Positions 25,101 through 33,900 of a stretch of DNA of 64,000 nt are shown in pieces. Numbering within the stretch: position 1 is the first letter of the stretch; the number at the start of each line of letters is the position of its first letter. The notes under the pieces are model-generated. The model was not told the origin of the DNA, ran no database searches, and saw only the letters and a list, made by a program, of their open reading frames with translations. Made by a program: the position numbers and the translations under genes. The stretch is from assembly GCA_039621445.1 (NCBI GenBank), contig CP154954.1, forward strand, positions 3,353,715 to 3,417,714, read 5' to 3'. This DNA comes from Euglena gracilis (Eukaryota).

Positions 25101-28100
25101 ATCAAAAGAGGAAGTCGCGCCTGGTCATCCGTGGGGTCCTGGAAACTGCCTATCACCGACACCTGGGAGAACACCGGGTGGCCTTGCATTACGGTGAAAG
25201 TCTGGCCAGTGAAAGCGGCTGCCTGGCACCCCTGCCCTCTTCCAGACACAGGCAAAAACAGCACTGGCACACACAAACATGGTATCCACTCCAGAACCAT
25301 CAGGACATGGCCACCTGAAATGGCACTAAGTCCCAATACAACTCATGCTGGAGAAGAGAACGAAAAAACAACCATGTCTCCGCCCACATCAGAGACGGGC
25401 CAAATACCAAAGATCTATTTAATACCCCTGGGGAGGGGGGTCCACACCCCACCCACTCAGCCCGGTGCAGGACCCCGCCAGGCGGGGGGGGGGGGGGTCC
25501 GGCCCTGGACCCCCCCCCCATCCCCCCCACCCTGGGGGTCTTCTGACTGGACAAGTAGCCTGCCAAGTAATCTTCCTCGATTGGGTTTGAACAAAAAGGG
25601 AGCGGAGAGGGTTTATGACTGGTGGGGGGGGGGGGTATTCCACGATGCAAGTCATATAACTCCCTTCGGCTTCGAATGGTGTAAACGGAAATTTGTAAGA
25701 AAGCATGCAATGCTGTTGGTCTGGAAAAGTATTTCAGGCGAAACCAAATGGAATCACAACTTTACCAGGAAATTTGAAGAGACTTTTGTCACAAGTTTGT
25801 CAGAAAAAAACAGGCACAGGGATTTCGGCTCCGGGTTGGGAATAAAGAATATGATACAAAAATAAAATAAAAATCTGATATTATATTAGGATAATCATTA
25901 ATAATATAATGCTATGATACAATAATGATGTAAAAAAAATAATTATGAACTAACATAATAAAAGATTGAAAAATAATAACACAGTAAGAACATTGCTGGG
26001 CCATGCGGCTGACCAGTCTGAGTCCAGGACACAGGGACTTTCCAATCCCATTGCCACCAGGGGCAGAAGTGGGCAGACCCAGCCGTGGGATATCGAATCG
26101 CGGCGGGCGAAGGTCGTTGCCAGGGCCCTGCGCTCTCAATGCGATTTTGTTTGCATTTGCCCCGGGCTAGTGGTCAGGGCCAATGAGTTCTTTCTTCGCA
26201 ACCCCAAAATCAACCAAAATTCCATCCTGGAAAAGGGGTCCACGCAAGAACCATGAGCCAGTGGCTACCCAAACGTGGTCGATACAAATCCAGGCTTGTT
26301 TTTAGCCCCCCACCCACCTTGCCCAGCGCAGGACCCAGGGGGAGGGGGGCTCCCAAAAACCGCGCCGTGTGAGGCCATTTCCCAAAGAATTTCTGGCACT
26401 TCGTGCCGAAACCCATAACCAGGCATCTGGCCCAGGACCCCCCCCCCCCGCGGGGTCCAGCCCCGGACCCATCCCCCCCCAGGGGGGTCTTTTGACTTAA
26501 AAAGACTTAAAAAGAAACCTGTGCCCAATCCCACCATCCTGCAAAAACACCTTTTCTTTGTCAAAGAAGAAAAGCAGAGGGATCAGGAACATGTTCAGGG
26601 TCATTGCCCGCATGGACCACATCTTCCAAAAAAAACACATGTGTAGTAACCCAGGACGCCAGCAGGCAACTGGCCATAGGCCAGCACCCCACTGCCCTGC
26701 ACCATCAACGACAGCTCCGTGTTCTCACTCTCGCCCTCCGCCAGCAATGCATCGAACCGGTCAATCGATTGGTTCGATTCCAGGGTGGGGATAGGGCATT
26801 GGGGAGGCCAGTTTGTGAGCAGGGGAGGCAGCGGAGGGGCAAAAAGGCAAAGCAGGTTGTTATGCAAAAACATGCAAAAATCATGCAAGGCCAGAAATGC
26901 AAGTTCTGAATGAAATTCTGGAGAAACCTTCCGAAACTTCAACAAAAAAAATCTCAATCTCTTTTGGGTAAAAAAGCATGCATACTTACATCCCATAAAA
27001 AATCAAAATAAATGCAAGAATGCATAGAAAAAAGAACAGGATGGAATACCAAAAAAATGGTTGCAATGCATGTCATTTCGATACCCTGCATATCATGATA
27101 CAACTTTTACCTTGCATAATTTACAACAAATTGTGACATGCTTTTCAAAGCAGCAAAATTGCAATAATGCTATGCTGCACAATACTAAAATAAAGAACAA
27201 AAAACTAAGGGAACGGAATCCCTAAGGAGCAGATTTCTGTTGGAGATTCATATTCTTTTCAAAAATTGTGAGGTCGAAAAGAGATTATGCAAAAAAAGAA
27301 AATTCTCCCAGATACATATTTTCTTGAATTGTTCAAAAAATAAACCAATTTATGAAACAACATAATTTTCCCTCCTGCCCTCTGTTGAATGTCTGGGGGG
27401 ATCCACCTCAACCTGGACATCAACACACCCACGATGTTCTGGACCATTGAGTCCATGGAGTCCTGCGTGGTGCCTCGCAGCAGGTCCACAGAGGACGTCA
27501 TGAGGTCCATAAATACCACCCAGATGACGATGGCCGGCACTAGCGACAGGGCGAGGGTTGACACTTGGCAGCGTTGCCTGTCTGCATGGGAAGCAGCTGT
27601 CCGCAAACTGTCCGAATTCCAAAAAAAAATTACTCGGGCCAAAGGGTCCATTCGAGCTCAGGATAAGACCCAAGGGGAACGCTGTGGATGGCAAAGACAC
27701 TGGAGATCAGGCAGTAGACTTTGGTCATTTTGACCCCCTCCCCCCCCCCCTATGGTGAAGTTCACCGTTTGAAAGTTCACCGGGGGGTCCCGGACCCCCT
27801 CCCCCCCCCCCTCTGCCTAACCCATCGGTGAACTTCACCGGTGAAGTTCACCAGAGAGCACTTTTTGGGCCAAAATGGCCAAAAATGACATTTTTGGGCA
27901 AGTTTTCGGAAATTTTGATTAAATTCCACGAAGCATAAACTTCAAAATGACCGTTTTGAGAGGAAAGGAGCAAAATTTCACCAATCAAAATTTCACCCCG
28001 AACCATCAAAACAGTGAAGTTCACCGGTGAACTTCACCGGTGAACTTCACCGCCAAAAGTACCCCCCCTCCCCCCCGGTGAACGTTCACCGGTGAAGTTC

Positions 28101-28634
28101 ACTGGGGGGTCCACAGCCCCCCCCCGTACTGCCTAACCTCCACTGTGCTGTTCCTGGGCGCATTTGCATAAGAAAAAACAATAGGTGCAAGTATGGCACA
28201 ACAGACAACACAAAGGACGCCCCCAAATGGAGAGATGGAGGCCCCACTGTTGACTGCCTCCAACAGGTGCTCCCAGGGTCGCATATTCCGGGGGAGGTGG
28301 GCTTACAGCCACCCCCCCCCCCCGCCCACTGACCGGGTCACGGTCGGGGGTTCCTACTGACCAGGGGCGGGGCGGGGGGGGGGGGGGGCGTACACGCCCC
28401 CCAATCTACAACCCCTGACCAGGAGGGTAATTGTACGCTCCTCCTTACCTACAACTCATGACCATGGGGTGTCGGTGGGCAAATGGGTGGGGGGGGGGTA
28501 CAAGAGAGACTGAAGCGGGGGCGGAGAAAACCTGCTGCGAATCAACAGAAAAATCCAGTCCATGGGCTGGGGAATTGGAGACCCTGCCAGGGCACAAGGG
28601 TCAGTACAAAGGTGAACGGGATGCGGATCTCCAT
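2810..28634 (-). CDS. Multi-exon receptor-type adenylate cyclase (class III nucleotide cyclase), 3'-partial
   Basis: Exons join in frame: MEIRIPFTFVLTLV-STLALSLVPAIVIWVVF (TM1), extracellular domain, VAILGAVSAVAVLLPLGVGLWLG (TM2), HAMP-like RELHRFQASFTQMERGLRAFGKFVPQ, cyclase motifs LTIMFTDIEGFST, IDKFIGDCI, FRAGIHTGECLVGNF. Lys in KFIGD points to ATP specificity. Two internal exons are garbled. Confidence 0.9.
3818..3916 (-). CDS. Cyclase exon 22 (MAM...DAVAASLAMQA), internally disrupted
   Basis: Ends fit the family and paired intron termini; the middle has an in-frame TGA and the expected W-N is in a shifted frame. Confidence 0.7.
4808..4858 (-). CDS. Cyclase exon 21 (NIVQHNGTIDKFIGDCI)
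   Basis: KFIGD motif; upstream intron TTGGGCCCC/GGGGCCCAG stem. Confidence 0.95.
6689..6942. mobile_element. MITE with TA TSD and internal CCTGCAACCTGTGAC repeats
   Basis: TIR CCCGCCCCCCCCCTTGTCGTACGACC / GGTCGTACGACAGGGGGGGGGGCGGG. Confidence 0.8.
7152..7265 (-). CDS. Cyclase exon 20 (EKLTIMFTDIEGFST...EAMCS)
   Basis: First metal-binding Asp motif of class III cyclases. Confidence 0.95.
7611..7650 (-). CDS. Cyclase exon 19 (IAGKMQANDQMYP)
   Basis: CTGgtttt| and |aacCAGGC pairing with GCCTGctgct|. Confidence 0.8.
8237..8269 (-). CDS. Cyclase exon 18 (KFVPQAVVKVL)
   Basis: Typical pre-catalytic K(Y/F)VP motif; +4/-8 spacing on both sides. Confidence 0.9.
9075..9186. mobile_element. Small MITE GGGAAACTGTC...GACAGTTTCCC (relatives near 4415, 5177, 5738, 6248, 17135)
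   Basis: Inverted termini and dispersed copies. Confidence 0.6.
9256..9316 (-). CDS. Cyclase exon 17 (RELHRFQASFTQMERGLRAFG)
   Basis: HAMP helix 2; |gaaCAGGGA pairs with TCCCTGcatgg|. Confidence 0.9.
9600..9720 (-). CDS. Probable cyclase exon 16 (HAMP middle), garbled
   Basis: Traces ATGGAC..GCCCACCTG..GAGTTCACC where an MDxIAxLxF-type segment is expected; no clean frame. Confidence 0.3.
10762..10967. mobile_element. hAT-type MITE (CAcGCTTCTTTT...AAAAGAAGCCTG)
   Basis: TIR shared with 26291-26520 and 38623-38827. Confidence 0.7.
11007..11102 (-). CDS. Cyclase exon 15 (TM2, VAILG...HALARG)
   Basis: Hydrophobic helix followed by |gccCAGGGG. Confidence 0.85.
11679..11803 (-). CDS. Cyclase exon 14 (LQPSSTLQ...SDKKGV)
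   Basis: |agcCGGGG pairs with CCCCGccccg|; joins T-VAILG in frame. Confidence 0.8.
12429..12478 (-). CDS. Cyclase exon 13 (RQEVLLTGQRYWVATGY; 3' boundary approximate)
   Basis: Preceded by a 15-bp intron stem; in frame. Confidence 0.75.
13309..13335 (-). CDS. Cyclase exon 12 (27-nt micro-exon QSWTAIPEM)
   Basis: Both flanks have +4 CAG / -8 CTG spacing; phases match. Confidence 0.85.
   Translation of the reverse strand, partial: SPGRPFLK
13827..13987 (-). CDS. Cyclase exon 11 (ASHGKYF...LLYGRY)
   Basis: GC3-rich; |ggcCAGGGGA pairs with TCCCCTGtcccc|. Confidence 0.9.
14861..17062. mobile_element. Foldback-like element with long imperfect inverted arms
   Basis: About 15290-15845 is the reverse complement of about 16410-16975; outer AAGCTTAACCCC / GGGGTAAGCTT. 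Confidence 0.65.
17475..17968. mobile_element. hAT-type MITE
   Basis: TIR CcGGGGTTTTCTTAA / TTAAGAAAACCCTG; imperfect 8-bp flanks CTGATTTC / CTAGTTTC. Confidence 0.8.
18234..18280 (-). CDS. Cyclase exon 10 (DRLVLFFRQPNGYMI)
   Basis: |accCAGCG pairs with CGCTGcccgc| 4.2 kb away; phase matches. Confidence 0.85.
18365..19212. repeat. (TACA)n microsatellite with (CA)n patches, about 850 bp
   Basis: Direct reading. Confidence 0.98.
19799..19891 (-). CDS. Cyclase exon 9 (AQNGTW...LAGFPD)
   Basis: |ggcCAAGTGCCCC pairs with GGGGACACTTGcagga|. Confidence 0.85.
19989..21112. mobile_element. hAT-type MITE, nested in another MITE (about 19919-21284); partial second copy at 19221-19751
   Basis: TIR CAGGGCAGAACGGGAA / TTCCCGTTCTGCCCTG; CCGGGGGG flanks. 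Confidence 0.8.
21344..21457 (-). CDS. Cyclase exon 8 (KLPQWENGW...WHPL)
   Basis: Coding-like; downstream intron CGGGGCTT pairs with AAGCCCAG; may contain a 24-nt micro-intron. Confidence 0.7.
22035..22100 (-). CDS. Cyclase exon 7 (VDQITGKPTRLIASQPAPSAYY; boundaries approximate)
   Basis: Open frame between exons 6 and 8, followed by gaCAGGCCC. Confidence 0.6.
22385..22525 (-). CDS. Cyclase exon 6 (GSYIPTFF...VSVLGWG; 3' boundary approximate)
   Basis: CTGcccct| at the 5' side; coding-like GC3; 3' junction unclear. Confidence 0.75.
23446..23863. mobile_element. MITE related to the 22-2275 element termini
   Basis: TAAACCCCCCCCAAATATAA / TTATATTTGGGGGGGGGGTTA with multiple subterminal repeats. 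Confidence 0.75.
25127..25213 (-). CDS. Cyclase exon 5 (FTGQTF...FQDPTD)
   Basis: In frame; |gacCAGGCGCGAC pairs with GTTGCCCCTGcccct|. Confidence 0.8.
26080..26115 (-). CDS. Cyclase exon 4 (DLRPPRFDIPRL)
   Basis: CTGgcaac| upstream; downstream intron CTGCCCACTTCTGCCC pairs with GGGCAGGGGTG..GGCAG. Confidence 0.7.
26291..26520. mobile_element. hAT-type MITE
   Basis: CAGGCTTGTTTTTA / TAAAAAGAAACCTG. Confidence 0.7.
26676..26775 (-). CDS. Cyclase exon 3 (NQSIDRF...GVLAY)
   Basis: Phase-compatible; flanked by CTGgaatc| and |ggcCAG. Confidence 0.85.
27419..27561 (-). CDS. Cyclase exon 2 (STLAL...NIVGVL, TM1)
   Basis: Hydrophobic ORF segment; downstream intron gtcCAGG...CCTGgaatc. Confidence 0.85.
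27732..28112. repeat. MITE-like unit with many GGTGAA(G/C)TTCACC palindromes
   Basis: About nine copies of the palindrome. Confidence 0.7.
28593..28634 (-). CDS. Cyclase exon 1 (MEIRIPFTFVLTLV)
   Basis: ATG at 28634; joins STLAL to give a continuous TM helix; intron ends TGGCAG/CTGCCA pair. Confidence 0.7.
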
Positions 28635-28650
28635 GCAGCAGAGAACCTCC

Positions 28651-28664
28651 CTGCAGAGAAAGTG
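28651..28664 (-). promoter_or_regulatory. Candidate splice acceptor (possibly spliced-leader trans-splice site) upstream of the start codon
   Basis: Pyrimidine tract plus CAG (cactttctctgcag) 16 nt before the ATG; euglenozoans use SL trans-splicing. Inference only. Confidence 0.4.
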
Positions 28665-28949
28665 GGTGGCCATCGGGTCGACCACCAAAACTGCCCCACT
28701 CGGGTCACCCCCCTGTTGCTAACCCTGTCAAGGCAAATATAACAACGCTCTTCGGAAAAAATTCAACTGTGGGCTTGAAGTCTTAACCCCCCATTCCTTC
28801 AAATGATCACAAATTGTTTTCACATTCTGATCATCATCAAAAAAAAAGATTTGGTTGGAGTTCAAAGGTGTCCACGTGGTCGAGTTCAACAAAATTGATG
28901 ACGTGGAGGAGGCTCCACGGCAACACCTTTTTTCCAGCCAGGACCTGTT

Positions 28950-29216
28950 CAGGGGTTTTTTTTAAGACGGGGGGGAGGGGGGCAGGGGGTCAGCACCCAC
29001 CCACCCCCCCTGGGGTGGGCCCCCGGGGGGGTCCCAGGGGACCCAGCCACTTTTGCCCGAAAATGGCTAAAATGCTAAAAATAGCACCGTTTTCAAAATT
29101 AAGGCACCTTCGGCACCGAAAAGGTTATACCTACCAGGGGGTCCAAGAGACCCACCCACCCTATCCCCCTTCCCCCCGGGGGGAGGGGGTCCAAGACTAA
29201 AAAAAAAAGCCCCCTG
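28950..29216. mobile_element. hAT-type MITE
   Basis: CAGGGGTTTTTTTT / AAAAAAAAGCCCCTG flanked by a perfect (G)GACCTGTT duplication (8-9 bp). Confidence 0.85.
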
Positions 29217-29410
29217 GGACCTGTTTCCAGCTGGCTTGCTGGACCCATCTCCCCACTGGGTTCCTCAAGAAATTCTCCATTTTGTTTGGATGTCACCCCC
29301 CTTGAATCTCGCACCAAACAGTGCTCCAATTGAGAACACAATTGTTTGTCGAGGTGCCATATAATCCGACTCAACAGGGGCAAAAAAATGAACCCTGACA
29401 GAGCCAACTA

Positions 29411-29977
29411 CCCTCACCCCCCCCCCTAATTCCCCCCCCCTAATTGGCTAATTGGGGGGTCCTTAAGGGAGGTCCATTAGCCAATTAGGGGGGGTTACCA
29501 TGCCCCCCCCCATATAAGACCCCCCCCCATATAAGCCCCCCCCCATATAAGACCCCCCCTGGCCGGCCGAAGGCCGGCCCTTTGGCCGGGACCGACCCCC
29601 CCCCCATATAAGAACCCCCCCCATATAAGACCCCCCCCCTAGGATTTTGGCTCCCGAGGGGGGGGTCTTATATGGGGGGGGCATGGTAGCCCAATTGGCC
29701 AATGGACGTTCCCTTGGCCAACTTTGGCCAATTTCGGCAAGGGCTCAGAAAACCTCCAAAATCGTCCGTTTCGAAAATGTTAAAAATTGCCAGATAAGAA
29801 AAAGTCATAACCAATCCAAAAATGCTCAAAAAATCGACCAATTTTGCACACGTCAAAAATTATGGGGTCGGGGTCCTCGAGCCCCCCCCCCCCCCTAATT
29901 GTCCCCCCCCCCTAATTGGCTAATTGGGGGTCTGAAGGAGCCCGGCCATTAGCCAAATAGGGGGGGGGGGGTGAGGG
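29411..29977. mobile_element. TA-flanked MITE containing nested CCATGCCCC MITE (29498-29686)
   Basis: TIR CCCTCACCCCCCCCCCTA / TAGGGGGGGGGGGTGAGGG. Confidence 0.8.
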
Positions 29978-30375
29978 TAGGGGGTGGCTACCGGCCACCT
30001 GGCTGAAGCCCAAACCCAGCTCGGTTGAAGAATTCTCGCCCCCAAAATACTTTGAGCTGAAATCACCTCAAAAAATACTCAGAACGATCATTTTGGCCCT
30101 TTCAGTCCCCTTTTAAAATAAACATCGGTCCAACCCGACATAGCTTTGCCGGACCCCCCCCCCTGGCTGGTAGTTGTTGTTGGCTGATTGGATCCCCGAT
30201 AGGGTCAGGGTCCTCACCAGCTTTAAGTTCCCTGAACCGCACATATCAAGGTTAAAAGAAACATGTGTTTTGCTGTATAATAGCTGAAAGTATGTTTTGA
30301 ATACCTGCAAACCCCATCCGCCCTCAGCATTCCTCAGATGTATTTGTGTGTTTGCCCACATAAAAGAGGAAGATG

Positions 30376-30745
30376 CCATGCCCCCCCCCCCGAGCTATTC
30401 CCGTCCCCGGGACCCTTTACGGCCCAATGGGAACAGTACGGGGGGGGGGACAGCTCGGGGGGGGGGGGGGGACCTAGGTCCCCCCCCCCGAGCTATTCCC
30501 ATACCCGACCCTCGGGCAACTCAAAAGGGGTCATTTTTGGCAACTTTTTTGGATATTTGCAAATAATGGTCAATTTTGAGCACATTTGCCAAAAGGTGAT
30601 TTTTGAAAATGGTCCAAAAACGTCGATTTTTGAGCACTTTTTGGGAAGTTCTTTGTGAAAAGTGCTTTGACAGTGAGCTATTCCTGTCCCCCCAATGGGA
30701 ATAGCTCGGGGGAGGGAACAGCTCGGGGGGGGGGGGGGGGCATGG
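30376..30745. mobile_element. CCATGCCCC/GAGCTATTCCC MITE family (also 39670-41588 interrupted, 47673-48015, 50957-51305)
   Basis: Near-identical dispersed copies with TIRs, mostly TA-flanked. Confidence 0.85.
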
Positions 30746-30914
30746 TATATCTCTCTAAAATATTATGCATGTGTGCATAGTATATACAAACATACCATGC
30801 CCCCCCCACCGAGCCCTGAGCTATTCCTGTCCCAAGAACCTTTACGTCTCATTGGGAACACTGCGGGGGGAGGGGGGGGGACAGCTCGAGGTGGGACCTA
30901 GGTGCCCCACGAAG

Positions 30915-33900
30915 TCCACTACACTGTAACTTATATGTATACTATACTCTACAACACTACACTACACTACACTACACTACACTACACTACACTGCACTAC
31001 ACTACACTACACTACACTACACTACACTATACTATACTGTATAGTGTAGTATAGTGTAGTACTACTATATATATACTAGTATGTATACTACTAGTATACT
31101 ACACTATACTCTACTGTACTATACTATACTATACTATACTATACTATACTATACTATACTATACTATACTATACTATACTATACTATACTATACTATACT
31201 ATACTATACTATACTATACTATACTATACTATACTATACTATACTATACTATACTATACTATACTATACCATACTATACTCTTCTATACTATACTATACT
31301 ATACTATACTATACTATACTATACTATACTACACTATACTATACGAAACTATACTATACTATACTATACTATACAACTATACTACACTATACTATACTGA
31401 CATGCCCCCCCATATTATACCCCCCCCTGGGAGCCATTTTCTGGGGGGAGGTACATGATGCGGGGGTACAATATGGGGGGGGCCAAGGTCATGGTCCGTG
31501 GTCACTCCGATCGAAACCATACACAATCAATCCAATGGGGGGGGGAACATTATGGGGGGTACAATAGGGGGGGGGGGGCATGGTATACTATACTATACTA
31601 TACTATACTATACTATACTATACTATACTATACTATACTATACTATACTATACTATACTATACTATACTATACTATACTATACTATACGAGACGAGACTA
31701 GACTATACTATACGAGACTATACTATACTATACTATACTATACTATACTATGTACTATACGATACTATACTATACGAGACTATACTATACTATACTACGA
31801 GACGAGACTATACGATACTATACTATACTATACTATACTCTACGAGACGACTCTACTCTACGAGACTACGATACGATACTATACGAGACGACTATACTAT
31901 ACTATACTATACGATACTATATACTATACTATACTATACTATACTATACTATACTATACTATACTATACTATACTATACTATACTATACGAGGACTATAC
32001 TATACTATTACCATACTATACTATACTAACTATACTATATATACTACTATACTATACTACTATACTACGAGACTATACTTACTACTACTATATACTACTA
32101 TACTATACTATACTATACTATACTATACTATACTATACTATACTATACTATGCTATACTATACTATACTATACTATACTATACTATACTATACAACACTA
32201 TACTATACTATACTATACTATACTATACTATAACGTGACCCCCCCCTATATGACACCCCCCCCTAATAGCTGCCCCCCCCCCTTGGGGGCGACAATTAGG
32301 GGGGGGGGGTTACCCATGGACCCAAAGGAAATGTGGGGTAATTGAGTAAACCCCCCCCTAATTGACACCCCCCCCTAATAGTCGCCAGGGGGGTCAAAAC
32401 GCTCCCGGGGGGGTGCCATTTAGGGGGGGGGGGGGTCACGTTACTATACTATACTATACTATACTATACTATACTATACTATACTATACTCTACTCTACT
32501 ATACTATACTATACTATACTATACTATACTATACTATACTATACTATACTATACGATACTATACTATACTATACTATACTATGGGGACAAGGCAGTACAG
32601 TTGGTCAAACCTTGGGACCCCCCCCCTCCCCCCCCCTGTACAGTTCCAACCCCCCCCTCCCGGGACCCCCCCCCTCCCCCCCACTTCCAACCCCCCCGAG
32701 ACAGATGAAAATTTTTTTAAAAAAACGGCTTGTTTTTTTTGAAACAAAAAACAAGCCGTTTTTTCAGGGGGTGGTGCGGGTCGCGGGGGGGGGGGGTCAT
32801 GGGGGGTCACGAAGGGGGGGGGGGTCGCGGGGTCAAATAAGGGGGGGGGGTCAAATAAGGGGGGGTCAAAAATTCCTTTAGAAACAGGCAAAAAAAATTC
32901 AGCGCCTTCGGCGCATGAAAATTTTTTTCCCGGACCCAAATGCTCAATTAAGGGGGGGGTCAAAATTCCGTTTTGGGTGGGGAAATGCACCAGTTTTTGG
33001 CACTTCTTTCAAAAAAAATTGGGCCATTTTTGGGTGTGAAAGTGCATTGGGCGGACAAGGATACAAGAAAGTTCATTGTTTTTTTTAAAAAAAATGCTTT
33101 TAAAAAAAAGAATGGCAAAAGATCGATTCTCGGGTCACGGGGGGGTCACGGAGGTGTAACTGGGGGGGGGGCACGGGGGGAGTACCCCCTAAGAAAAAAT
33201 ATGTTTTTAAAAAAAACAAAAAAAACCTCATGGGGGTTTGGGGGAATTTTTTTTGAAACTTTTTTTAAAAAAAGGTCTTTTTTCATCTCTAGTCCACCTC
33301 GTAGTCCATTAAAGGTGCCGGATGAAGGGTCTGGAAAAACTAAAAATACGTCACTTTTGATGACCAAAAAAAATGGCCATTTTGCAAGGAAAAACGTCAT
33401 TCTAAAAAAGAAAACATGTTTTTGTGTGGTTTTTTTGGGGAAAAAAACATACTACCACTCTTTTTACAAGACACAAATATTTTGCAAAATGCATCTGAAT
33501 TTCGCAAAATCCACCATTACCAACCTCAATTGGACGAAAAATGTCGCAACTGTCTCGGGGGTAGGCAGTACAGTTGTGATTTTCTGGACCCCCCCCCTCC
33601 CCCCCCCTGTACAGCTTCCAACCCCCCCCCTCGGACCCCCCCCTCCCCCCCCTGTGCCTTGTCTCCTATACTATACTATACTATACTATACTATACTATA
33701 CTATACTATACTATACTATACACACGAGACAACACTATACACTATACTATACCGAGACTATACTATACTATACTATACTATACTATGCTATACGAGACTA
33801 TACGAGACGAGACGATACTATACTATACTATACGATACTATACTATACCTTACTATACTATACTATACTATACTATACTATACTATACTATTCTATACTA

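Noticed and set aside
27732-28112. CRISPR-like palindromic repeats
   Set aside because: Irregular spacing, no unique spacers, no cas genes, eukaryotic context.
28099-28284. Hydrophobic ORF as cyclase first exon
   Set aside because: 28593-28634 gives a continuous TM1, paired intron ends and an upstream acceptor; this ORF fits worse.
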